Origin: Ginglymostoma cirratum | Lineage: Eukaryota | Reading direction: 5' to 3' | NCBI GenBank assembly: GCA_024137785.1 | Contig: JAHRHZ010000077.1 | Span: forward strand, 24,592,006 to 24,656,005 | Length of the DNA: 64,000 nucleotides | Translations under genes and position numbers: made by a program | In this document: one piece after another, positions 51,741-62,689 of the stretch | How positions within the stretch are numbered: position 1 is the stretch's first letter | Layout: every line of letters starts with the position of its first letter | The notes under the pieces: model-generated | Told to the model about the DNA's origin: nothing | The model's database searches: none | The model's input: the letters and a program-made list of their open reading frames with translations, nothing else

Positions 51741-52333
51741 TTGTACAAAGTGGTTTTGTGTTGAGGTTCAACACTTAGAATGCACACCAAGCAAGTTACA
51801 TCAGAGAGCACTGATTGTAATGTCCCCATTTTCAACTGCACACAATGTAGGACATGTAGTGTTGATTTAGTGTGCAATACCTGACAATAACATACATCCA
51901 AGACCACATCACAAATAAGGGCTAGCACAGTTTATGACAAGTCTCATAACTTTTACTACGAGCTTTAAAATTTTAATCTAATTATCAATACAGAATTACA
52001 TAAATCTCACTCAACACAGGCAGGAAGGCCCTCATTGCAACACTACAGTGACACTATTTCCTTTAATCCCACATTCCACACTTTCCCTATACTCTGCATT
52101 TCCATGTACAAACTATACAAAATCTACCAGATTAAGTTCTATGTTATTAAAATTAATAACAAGTCAAGCAGTAAACTTCTTTTTAAATTCCATCAGTGCA
52201 CTCTGGTTGAATATTGCATTAGCACCAGTATAACACAGCTACTTTTAACTCAATGAGCTGTTTGACCTAGGGGGTTGTACAAGTAGGTGTGGAAGTAACA
52301 ATGTTAAATCTTATAAGTGAAGCTTCATCTTAC

Positions 52334-52453
52334 CTGCCTGGAGCAAATTAGAGAAGCCATGATGCACATGTGGGGAGTAAGAAAAAGTTTCAGTCTCATG
52401 ATGAGAATTGCCAGGACTACAAATGCGATCAACTGGAAAACATGATAGACCAG
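52334..52453 (-). CDS. DPY19L1: DPY19L1-type exon, LVYHVFQLIAFVVLAILIMRLKLFLTPHMCIMASLICSRQ
   Basis: cag/gtaaga splice sites, 120 nt, phase 0->0. Contains the MRLKLFLTPHMC motif. Confidence 0.95.
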
Positions 52454-52759
52454 CTGGGGAGACAGAAAAGCAAATTACACATTGAAAGTTTATCATTCCA
52501 ATCTAGCAGCAACAGACATGACAATTTCAAATTCCCACAAAGCCCTCTAATACAACGGACCTTGAAGAGGAGGGCCTGAAATTCCAGGAGACTGAAAGTG
52601 AAATGGTGCAGGACCTCAGGACAATTCTGATGTCCAAATCACATTAATTTTGGATATCCATAAAGTCAGAGCGGCACCCTGCCACTCCAATAACAAGCCA
52701 AATAACTTCTATGTCTGTACGATAAATTGTGTTTACTATTTCTTTCCAAAGGGAAATAT

Positions 52760-53056
52760 AAGAATCATAGAATTCTTACAGTGTGGAAACGGGCCATTTG
52801 GCCCACTGAGTCTGTGACAACCCTCCAAAGAGAGTCCCATCCAGACCCAGCCCCTCACCCCGTCCCTGTAACCCCATATTATCATGACTAATCCCCCTAA
52901 CTTGCACATTACAAGGCAATTTAACATGGCCAATCCACATAGCCTGCACACTTTTGGGAGGAAACCAAAGCATCCTGAGGTCGCCCGTGCAGACACAGGG
53001 AGAATGTGCAAATTCCATACAGATAGTGCTAACCACTTGAGCCACCGTGCCGTCCC
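52760..53056 (-). mobile_element. HE1-type V-SINE
   Basis: Reverse complement gggacggcacggtggctcaagtggttagcact...tggaatttgcacattctccctgtgtctgc...gggcccgtttccacactgtaagaattctatgattct. Confidence 0.88.
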
Positions 53057-53940
53057 AAATATAGCTTTGTTTTTAATGAGAGCTGATTCCTTCTGAGATT
53101 GACAACCTTTTCTGAGAAGTGTTCATGGGGCCAGTACATTACAGTGCCTTGGATCCTGTTCTCAGTGGACACAAGAGTGAAGAATTGAGTGGATTTCACA
53201 ATGAAGCCTTTGAATGTCCCTAAACCCATAAACACACCGAGTGCTAGCTACAGGGATTGGGAAATCAAACAGAAAATGCACACACTGGCTGAAAAATCAA
53301 GATTTATGTCAAAGGTAAAGTCAGACTGAATGATCACGTTTAATAGTTGTGTTCAAATTCTGGCCAACAATGGATAGAAGGAAAAATCTATTCATTTTGT
53401 TCACTCCAATCAGCCAGAAATTGTAGTCAAAATAAGTCAAAATTTCAATCTATTCTCTTCTGCAGATTTTTACGCAGAAGAAAATACTGATAGATCAGTT
53501 TCACTAGAAACCAAGGAAGCCACTTACATACAGAGCAACCAGGAGATTGCTAACAAGACAGCAAGCCTAATATAGTCATTGCGGCCTGCAACTGTCTCAG
53601 CAGAAATTGCTTGCATTAAGCTCATCACTTTATAGGTATGGAAAAAAATGGATCAACAAAAGAAAATGCACTTCAAAATTGTTTTTAGCCAGTAAAATAG
53701 TTAAAGATTAGTTTTTAGGGCTAAAGAAGTCAAAATGGGACTAGGATATGGGAATTGGATGATCAGCCATGATCATATTGAATGGCAGAGAAGACTTGAA
53801 GGGCCTAATGGCCTACTCCTGTATTCATTTTAGATGTTTTCTACAGAAGGCAATGACCAGACAGCCATATCTTCAATACAGTCAATGCAAAGATTTTTTT
53901 CCCGAAAATTTGAATCATCGAGTGCATGAAGTTGTTTTAC

Positions 53941-53965
53941 CTCTCCTCGGGTTGGATGCCTCTTC
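53941..53965 (-). CDS. DPY19L1: DPY19L1-type 25-nt microexon, KRHPTRGE
   Basis: Long T-tract + tag acceptor, gtaaaa donor, phase 2->0. Ends in GE like the recalled human KHQFDHGE that precedes LVYH. Confidence 0.78.
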
Positions 53966-54004
53966 CTAAAAAGAAAAAAAAAAAAAAAAATCTTAATTAA
54001 AACA

Positions 54005-54300
54005 CAGAAACGTAGAAGACAGAAGTAAGAGTAAGCCATTTAACCCCTCGAGCCTGCTCAACCATTCAATATGATCATGGCTGATCATTGAGCTCACTAC
54101 CCTAACCCTGCTCTTCCCATCCCTTGATCCGTTTAGCCACAAAAGCAATAGCTACCTGCTTCTTGAAAACACAATGATTTGGCTTCAATACATTTTCTGT
54201 GGTAGTGATTTCCACAGGCTCTCCACTCTCTGGGTGAAGAAATTTCTCCTCATCTCAGCCCTAAAAGGTTTACCCTTTATCCTTAAACTATGTCACTGGT
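54005..54300 (-). mobile_element. CR1-type 3' end
   Basis: MRRNFFTQRVESLWKSL and 3' UTR atcagccatgatcatattgaatgg. Confidence 0.8.
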
Positions 54301-54369
54301 TTGGGACTGGCGATTGTTGTGCAGTCCCCGTTTAACTGTTGTCATAGCATCTGTGATGACATAACTTGT

Positions 54370-54995
54370 GTCCACTACCTTCCCAGAGTGGAGAAACAAT
54401 GCCATATCCTTCGCAGCCTTCAGCATGCCATTGATGATGACAAACATCTTGCCAAGGCCATCCCTACACCTCCACTACTCACCTTCAAACAGCCGCCTAA
54501 TTTCAAACAGACCATCATTCATAGCAAACTACCCAGCCTTCAGGAGCACAGCAACCACAACACCATACAACCCTTCCACAGCAACCTCTGCAAGACATGT
54601 CAGATCATCGACATAGATATTATATCACACATGGGAACACCACACACCACATACACAGTACGTACTTATGCAACTTGGACAATGTTATCTACCTCATATG
54701 CTGCAGGAAAGGACACCCCAAGGCATAGTATATCAGTGAGACCATGCAGATGCTACAATGACGGATGAATGAAAGCCGCGCAACAATCACCAGGCCAGAG
54801 CATTCCCACCCAGTCAGGGATCACTTCAGCGATCAAGGACATTCAGTCTCCTACCTTCTGGTAAGCGCTGTCCAAGGCAGCCTTCGAAATACACGACAAA
54901 GCAGAATCACCTGGCAGAAACGGATAGCCAAGTTCCATACTCATGGAGGAAGGCCGCAAACGTGATCTTGGCTTCATGCCATGTTACTTATATCC
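54370..54995 (+). mobile_element. Third PLE family (Neptune-like): thumb/linker + GIY-YIG remnant
   Basis: PPLLTFKQPPNFKQ, PFHSNLCKTC, NVIYLICC, YISETMQ, RMNESRATI, PVRDHFS. Confidence 0.82.
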
Positions 54996-57604
54996 CCACC
55001 ACGCGCAATAACACTGACCCTTTCCATTTCCCATGCCCCTCTCTTTGATAGTAAATCATGCACCAGATATGAAATCTGCCCCAGGCAATCTAGTGCGATG
55101 TCTCAATGCTATTCTAACATTATTTTCTAACACTTGAGCTTTAACGGACACTTTCCTTTCAACAAGTAACACACTTAGATTGGTGCAAAAAAGAAATCAA
55201 GCCAATCGTTGTTCCTTCTCGTGCTGCCAGAACGTCATGAAATTTTGAAGGCAAGTTGGAATTTTGATCGTATACTAACTGGATGGGCTGTAACCTTATT
55301 TCATCTGCAAGGATGTTTTTGAATGTGCTGCTCTGCTCATTCCAGTGCAATTTGTAACTTATCATCCAGCTGATCTGACAGTGTTTCATGCAACATCTCA
55401 TCAATTACCACGTGGTTTCTTTTGCACAAGCTATTGTTGAGTGGACTTACTGCAGCAATATGCATTTCTATAGTAAAGTTCTAGCACGTCCCAAAATTCT
55501 TCACTTGCAAATTCACCTCCGCTACCCATTAAGATTTTATTGCTGACCGAAAGCCTGTGCTGCCCCACTTTTCCAAGACTTTGCCTACTATAGGTTATCT
55601 GTCCTTATTGTTCATCACGATAGAAACGCTAAACCTGAATAAATAGTCTATGCACTTTCCATGTAATCATTTTCTTATCAGCCAGAGTCCTTTCTGCGGT
55701 TGTCAATGACAGATCTTGGACCTCTTGACAAGGAGCATCAGGTTTCTTCTATTGTATTCCATTATGTCTGTATCTCATGAATCGCAAGATTACTGTTTTA
55801 CTGAATGGAAATGTTTCATCATTCTTCATGTCTAAATGCATTTTAGCTTTTTTCAGTCAAAGACTTAGTAATAATGACATATTACTCTGGATGCTATTGG
55901 TGCTTATGAAATGTTACAACCCTAGGTTTTCAAATAACAGTTCAGCTAATCAGCACCACAAACTGCTGAGATCCAGCCACTTTGGCACAACCGAATGAAT
56001 AACTAATTCTGATACCTAATGGCTGACTTAAATATTCGGCCACTATCAAAATATTTTCTTGCTGTTCATCCTGATCATATTTGCCCTCAGAACTATTTGT
56101 TTCACGAACTGCTTCAAATACTTGACTCCTTACCCTTGGACAATTCCTGACATAGGTTTATTTAGAGTCATACCAGAAACATCTATTAACTTGGGTTTCT
56201 GGGATTTCTTTTTTGCTGTCTATTACCCCAATCCTGCATTTTCCCTTGATTCAGAAATCTATAAAAGATACGAGCCACATTTTTCAGCAACTCCAACATT
56301 ATACAGGTTGTCTGTGACTAGATCCCCCTTTGACTTTGAGAGTCAGTAAATATAGTCATCCATTATCTGCATCACTGCAGAATTCCTAACATGCCCTGTG
56401 AAGGCCATAATGACATAGGTGCAGAATTAGGCCACTTGGTCCATTGGGTCTACTCTGCCATTCCATCATGGTGATATGTTTCTTAACTCCATTCTGCTGC
56501 CTTTAGAGATGTACAAAAGTTTTATGTAAATCTTTTAATACGGTACACACATCGGTCCCCACCTTTCCTTTCTGGACCCTTCCCTATCCAGAAGCCAGCA
56601 GCCATGAGGGAAAATGCAGCTTTTTCTTTAAAAGTATAAATACACCAATTAGCAAATTAACAAATCATCCAACTAACAAATAATACAGAACTAAAAACAA
56701 AATCAACATAAATACAAAAGGGGAAAAACAAGGGAGAGGACTAGATCAAAAGACCGTTGGAGGAGAGTGGTGCCCAGTTATCAAAAGCTCAGTTGGTTAA
56801 AATATAAAAAAAATCCCACTGCCAAATTAATCAACTACCAAATTACAAACACTGTTCACTAGAGGCAGTGAAAAAAAGAGTCAAGTAAAGCGGTACGAGG
56901 GAAGGAACTAAATCAAAATAGTGTTGGAAGGAAAGTTAATGCACCCCAGCCCCTGCCGTGCCCAACTATCAAGAACTCAGCTCTCTTTTTGTAATGATCC
57001 AACACCAAATTACCTGTTTGATAAATTAGATAAGTTACAAGCTCTACCCACCAGGCACAGTACAGTGCAATAACAAAATATAAGGGAGGGTTGAAAGGGA
57101 GGCACAAGACCAAGCTAAAATGAAGTTGGATGGGGAAAGAACTCCGCATTTGTTTTTGAAATCAACCTGTCAAGTCTGGAGCTGATTTGTTTAAGCCTTA
57201 AAGGGACCTGCATTTCCAACCCTGATAGGAAGAAAGTTGCATTACGTCACTGCATTATTGGGGTTATGAAGGATTCCTGGCTGCCTGGGAGACGATCTCT
57301 CCCAGAATTCCAGAAACTTAAGCATCATAATAGTCCAACTATTGGGACTCTGGAGAGTTTCTGCTAGTTTGGCGGATGGGTTCAGAGCAATGAATCAAAA
57401 GCAACATATAATAAATGATAACATCCTAAGGGTTACTAGACCCGAAGTGTTAACTCTGATTTCTCTCCACAGTGTTGCCAGACTTGCTGAGCTTTTCGAG
57501 CAATTTCTGATTTTGTACCCTTGGATCTGTGCTTGTGAGTGTTTGATGCTGTGCATTTTTTTTTCTCTCAGGGTTAGCAAGCTATAACAGTGTTCTTCCT
57601 TTCA

Positions 57605-57725
57605 CTGAAGAAAAACTCCATCAACAAACACATTGAACTGGACCCGATATACAAATCGCTGAAAAACAGGACCAAAGTCATGCCAACCACCTCAGCAAAC
57701 CAAGGCATAAAAATTATAGCGGGAC
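57605..57725 (+). mobile_element. Short Poseidon-type PLE endonuclease C-terminal fragment
   Basis: [20 protein letters not shown] resembles the recalled end of Poseidon-type PLE ORFs. Confidence 0.5.
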
Positions 57726-58190
57726 GGTCCCCTTCACTATCTGCTACTTCACCAATCTTAGAGTCATCTGCAAACTTGCTAATCAGACCATCTATACCTT
57801 CCTCCAGATCATTTATGTATATCACAAACAACAGTGGTCCCAACACGGATCCCTGTGGAACACCACTGGTCACAGTTCTCCATTTTGAGAAACTCCCTTC
57901 CACTACAACTCTCTGTCTCCTGTTGCCCAGCCAGTCCTCTATCCATCTAGCTAGTACACCCTGGCTAGCTTCACTTTCTAGCCATGCGACTTCACTTTCT
58001 CCATCAGCCTACCATGGGGAACCTTATCAAACGCCTTACTGAAGTCCATGTATATGACATCTACAGCCCTTCCCTCATCTATCAACTTTGTCACTTCCTC
58101 AAAGAATTCTATCAAGTTGGTAAGACATGACCTTCCCTGCACAAAACCATGCTGCCTATCACTAATAAGCCCAATTTCTTCCAAATGTAA
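57725..58190 (-). mobile_element. CR1-type RT fragment, relatively young
   Basis: [57 protein letters not shown]. Confidence 0.92.
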
Positions 58191-58369
58191 ATGTGGTGTC
58201 CTAGGCTTAACCCTCTTCTGCTATTTCAACAATGAATTTTCCTCCAACATAAGTCAGAGGTCAGGATATTTGCTGATGTTTGCTTGCACTGGTTTCAGAT
58301 CCATTCACAATTTACTAGAAAATGAAGCAGTTTGTCTTCATATGCGGAAAGGTCTGAACAAAACTTAAA

Positions 58370-59180
58370 GGCATGGACAGATAAGTGAAAAGCAATATTA
58401 ATTCCACACAGATATTGGATAATGATCATCTCCCAATGCCATTCCCATTGCAGAATCCCCATTAGCAACATTCTGCAAATTGCCATTGACCAGAAACCTG
58501 ACCAGCCGTATAAATTCTGTGGCTACAACAGCAGATCAGAGGCTGGGTATTTTGGAGCAAATCGCTCAACTCCTTACTCCCCAGTGCTTGCTAACATCTA
58601 CAAGGTCCAATTTCAGAGAATTATCAAATACTGCATGCAGCTCCAACAACACCCAAGAGGTTTGAAAGTATCCAAGTAAAAACAACCTGTTTTCCTGAAA
58701 TCTCATTCACTACACTTGCCATGTAGCAGCTTTGTGTTTTAGGGTTAGCATTGGGCAAAACCTAACCACCGTCATTAGGGAGATAGTAGGAACTCCCTAG
58801 GCCTGAAACGTCAGCTTTTCTGCTCCTGAGGCTGCTTGGCCTTTTGTGTTCATCCAGCTCTACACCTTGTTATCTCACCATCATTAGGGAGCTCGGTAGG
58901 AAGGCTCCTTTTTTGGCAGCATCTTATAAATCTGTGACCTCTATCACCTAGACGACTAAGGGCAGCAGGAACAGGCAACACCACTACAACCTGCAAGCTC
59001 CCCTCCAAGTCCCCACCATTCTGACTAGGAAACATAAGGCTGCTCCCTCAGTGCTGACTTAATATCCTGGAACTCTCTTCCCAACAGCACAATGGAAATA
59101 CTTACACCCGAGACTGCAGCAGTTCAAGGCAGCAACTCATCAGCACCTTCTCCAGAGCATTTAGGATGCCAGAGACCCTC
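58370..59180 (+). mobile_element. CR1/L2-group LINE 3' part interrupted by a PLE mini-insertion (58783-58875)
   Basis: IDQKPD, ATTADQRLGIL, NIYKVQ remnants and the family 3' UTR. Confidence 0.75.
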
Positions 59181-59810
59181 AAGCTAAGAACAAATTTACT
59201 ATTTACTTTTGGACTCTTCTTTTCTGTCTCTATGTGACCTATTATGTTGTATTATTATTCCCTTTCTTATATAATCTCTTCTGCCTTCCCTAACACTGAC
59301 CATTTCTTATATTCTTTCCTCCCATCCATTTTTATTCTGCACCTGTACTTGTCTATAAACTGTTAAATTCCCAGTGATTTTTCAACTTTCATGAAAGATT
59401 ACCAACTCAAAATATCAATATTTTCCATACACTCCAGCTGACTGGCTGATTATTTTCAACATTTTGTGGTTTAAGAATTGTTAAGACAAAACACCTCAAA
59501 TGTTGCCCTATGGCCCAGTTCGCACAATGCACCAATTTTGGTGGCAGAGCATTTGATTAAATAATGATGCGGCTTAACCTCACTTTGACATTCCATAGAG
59601 CCAGAAGCAAAGGTGACAGGTGTAACGGGATGCCTGCTTAGTTATTCATGCTGATGACTTTTATAAAAATAACTTCTTAACCCCATTAAATCTAAATGCC
59701 AATTGGAATTTTGCATGCTTTCACTTATTAGTTTTAAAACTATGTGATAAAAGCTTAATTTACTGTATTTTGAAGCCTGTAACCCAAATTGCCACATTCT
59801 GGACACTTAC

Positions 59811-59866
59811 TCATCAAAGCCTTCTGGAATTTTTCCTTTTAACAAACAGAGCAGCTCCTTCAAAGT
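59811..59866 (-). CDS. DPY19L1: Probable DPY19L1-type short exon, TLKELLCLLKGKIPEGFD(E)
   Basis: Strong acceptor (ttcctttttatttgtag) and donor (gtaagt), 56 nt, phase 0->2 fits the microexon. Peptide is poorly conserved, so the call rests on splice signals and phase. Confidence 0.62.
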
Positions 59867-60924
59867 CTACAAATAAAAAGGAAACAATTACCACTTTCAG
59901 AAGGTCAAGAAAGGTTTTAAAGTTCTAAAGCACATTAAAGAAAGCTCAACATTTAATGATTAGAAAAACAGTGTAGACAGCTCAGTTTAAAAAAAAGTTT
60001 ACCAATAAACAGTGCATATTTGTTTGTTAAATGTTAACAGTTAATAGAAGGGCAAAGACTCGCACTGAAGGTTGTTGAACTGACACAGCTGCACACAAAT
60101 TACTGTATCCAGGAGCTTAAAAATGACCCAGGAAGGAGGAGGCTTTCCAGTCTAAATGCCAAGTTATGCTCAACCAAAACCTCTACCACTGAGCCCAAAC
60201 TTAACATGCTGTTCAATTTTCACTCCCAAGATGCCTTTAACAGTCCCATTTTTAAAGGGGTCACAATTAAATGATGAAAAGAAAATCAGCATGCCATTTT
60301 CCAAGAGCTAGGAACCATAACTCCAACCTGGGCTCCTAGGTGCATTTCCCTTTTGTACACTGATGTGGTGCTTACAAATACCAGGCTACATGAGATTCCT
60401 CTGGGGGCTAAGATCAGGAAAACTTCTGTCCTAAGGAATTTCTGCCTTAATCCTACCATCTCTTGTGCTCCTAGCGTTGTGTGTAGCAAGTCAAACCTCC
60501 ACCCTTTAGTAGCTTATGATGCACAGTACCCAGATCCTCACTAGTCCACCACTGACTTTACATTATTAACATCCTGGAACTACTATGAAATTCTTGCTCC
60601 CACTCTAGTCCCTGTATATTTCAACAGTTGAATTGGCTGAGGCATCATGCACTGATAAAAACATAAAGCAATTTTAAATGAAATAAAATGCAAATAATTA
60701 CAAATGCACAGAATTATAGCCTAAAATGACAGCATTCAGTTCATTGTGACTGTATTGTGTTATGATGGCTTAATATTTAATTTTTTGTGGACTTCAGTTT
60801 GAAGGATTGCAGATAACTAGATTGTATCAGAGATAAAAGGTACTGCAGATGCTGGAGAATCCGAGATAACAAGCATGGGGCTGGATGAACACAGCAGGTC
60901 AAGCAGCATCATAGGAGCAGGAAA

Positions 60925-60960
60925 ACTTGACGTTTCGGGCCTAGACCCTTCATCAGAAAT
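60925..60960 (-). ncRNA. Minimal hammerhead ribozyme motif (family A), sense to the DPY19L1 pre-mRNA
   Basis: AUUU-CUGAUGA-A-GGGU(CUAG)GCCC-GAAAC-GUC-AAGU. Confidence 0.72.
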
Positions 60961-61448
60961 GGGGGAGGGGAAGAGGGTTCTGAAATAAATAGGGAGAGAG
61001 GGGGNNNNNNNNNNNNNNNNNNNNNNNNNNNNNNNNNNNNNNNNNNNNNNNNNNNNNNNNNNNNNNNNNNNNNNNNNNNNNNNNNNNNNNNNNNNNNNNN
61101 NNNNNNNNNNNNNNNNNNNNNNNNNNNNNNNNNNNNNNNNNNNNNNNNNNNNNNNNNNNNNNNNNNNNNNNNNNNNNNNNNNNNNNNNNNNNNNNNNNNN
61201 NNNNNNNNNNNNNNNNNNNNNNNNNNNNNNNNNNNNNNNNNNNNNNNNNNNNNNNNNNNNNNNNNNNNNNNNNNNNNNNNNNNNNNNNNNNNNNNNNNNN
61301 NNNNNNNNNNNNNNNNNNNNNNNNNNNNNNNNNNNNNNNNNNNNNNNNNNNNNNNNNNNNNNNNNNNNNNNNNNNNNNNNNNNNNNNNNNNNNNNNNNNN
61401 NNNNCCCCCTCTCTCCCTATTTATTTCAGAACCCTCTTCCCCTCCCCC

Positions 61449-61484
61449 ATTTCTGATGAAGGGTCTAGGCCCGAAACGTCAAGT
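61449..61484 (+). ncRNA. Minimal hammerhead ribozyme motif (family A)
   Basis: ATTT CTGATGA A GGGT CTAG GCCC GAAA CGTC AAGT. Confidence 0.72.
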
Positions 61485-61749
61485 TTTCCTGCTCCTATGA
61501 TGCTGCTTGACCTGCTGTGTTCATCCAGCCCCATGCTTGTTATCTCAGATAACTAGATTGCTTTGTTTTAAACAATGTTGATGAAATGGTACAATTTTTT
61601 TCAAAAACAAGAAATTACTTGGAGTCTGTGATTCTAGATAATTGCTGGCCTTAATAGTTTGAACTCAGTTTGGGGAAAACACCCAACCGTTTTTATGACT
61701 GAGAATGATCGCTGGTTGAAATAAAAAGAACGTAAATGGAGCAAGACTG

Positions 61750-62450
61750 CAGAATTCCAAGGTGCATGTAGATCTAGTGCATGAATCATAATAAGTTAGT
61801 ATATAGGTCTAACAAGTATTTAAAATTAATGGAATGCTATCCTGTATTAGGTGAGGAATTGAACACAAAAGGGAGAATCTTAGGCATCAGTTACACAGGG
61901 CACTGGTAAGCCCACTTCTCAAATACAGTGTGAAATTTTAGGGTCTGTTATTTAAGGAATAATTTAAATGTGCTGAAGTGATTCAGGAGGTGGTTTACTC
62001 GATTGACACGTGGTACAAGTGGGTTGTCTCACGAAGGAAGTTTGGACAGATTGGGCTTGTTAACACTTGAGTATAGAAGAGTGAGGGGTTGCTTGATTGA
62101 AGGACATGATATTCTGCACAGTCTTTACAGGACGAATATGAAAAGATGTTTTCATCTTATGGAGAGTCCAAAGCTGGCGTAGTGTTTTAAAATTAGGGGT
62201 CAACCTTTTACAAAACAGATGAGTAGAAAATTTTCTCAGCGAGCTGTGCGACTTTGGAATTCTCTGCCTCAGAGGCTGAGGCAGGGTCACTGAACATTTT
62301 TTCACACAGAGGTAGATTGATTCCCTTGCCTAACAAAAACCTAAGATAATTGGGGGTAGACGGGAATGTGGAATTCAAAACAGATCAGCCATGATCCAAT
62401 TGAATGGGAGAGCATGCTTGAAGGACCATATTATCATTTAATTTGTATAC
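61750..62450 (+). mobile_element. Degraded CR1-type LINE 3' part
   Basis: LHRALVSPLLKYSV remnant, RRVRGCLIE, 3' UTR cagatcagccatgatcc. Confidence 0.75.
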
Positions 62451-62689
62451 GTTCATTTGTATCACAAATTTGAACGAAATTTCAATATTATAGCTGCTCC
62501 ACTGGGATATTTTTGGGATATTGGTGGTGGGTTCTGGACAGAGGACACGCAAGCTCCCAAATCAAAAGGATATTGCAGCATTGCCGGTTGGCCATTTAGG
62601 TAATGTTATCCAGAGTGGGACCAGAAAGCACAGAGTCCACAAACATAAAAAACAGCAGTAAATAGTGCCAAAAGGGGAAAAAGTTATAA

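Larger units (their letters stand above)
60829..61546. mobile_element. Young family-A PLE insertion with two inverted arms around a 400-N gap, 15-bp TSD
   Basis: 60863-61004 is the reverse complement of 61405-61546; TSD CAGATAACTAGATTG at 60810-60824 and 61546-61560. Confidence 0.9.

Noticed and set aside
55450-55505. Alternative DPY19L1 small exon (EFWDVLELYYRNAYCC, - strand, gtaagt donor)
   Set aside because: No polypyrimidine acceptor and the wrong end phase for the 25-nt microexon; 59811-59866 fits better.
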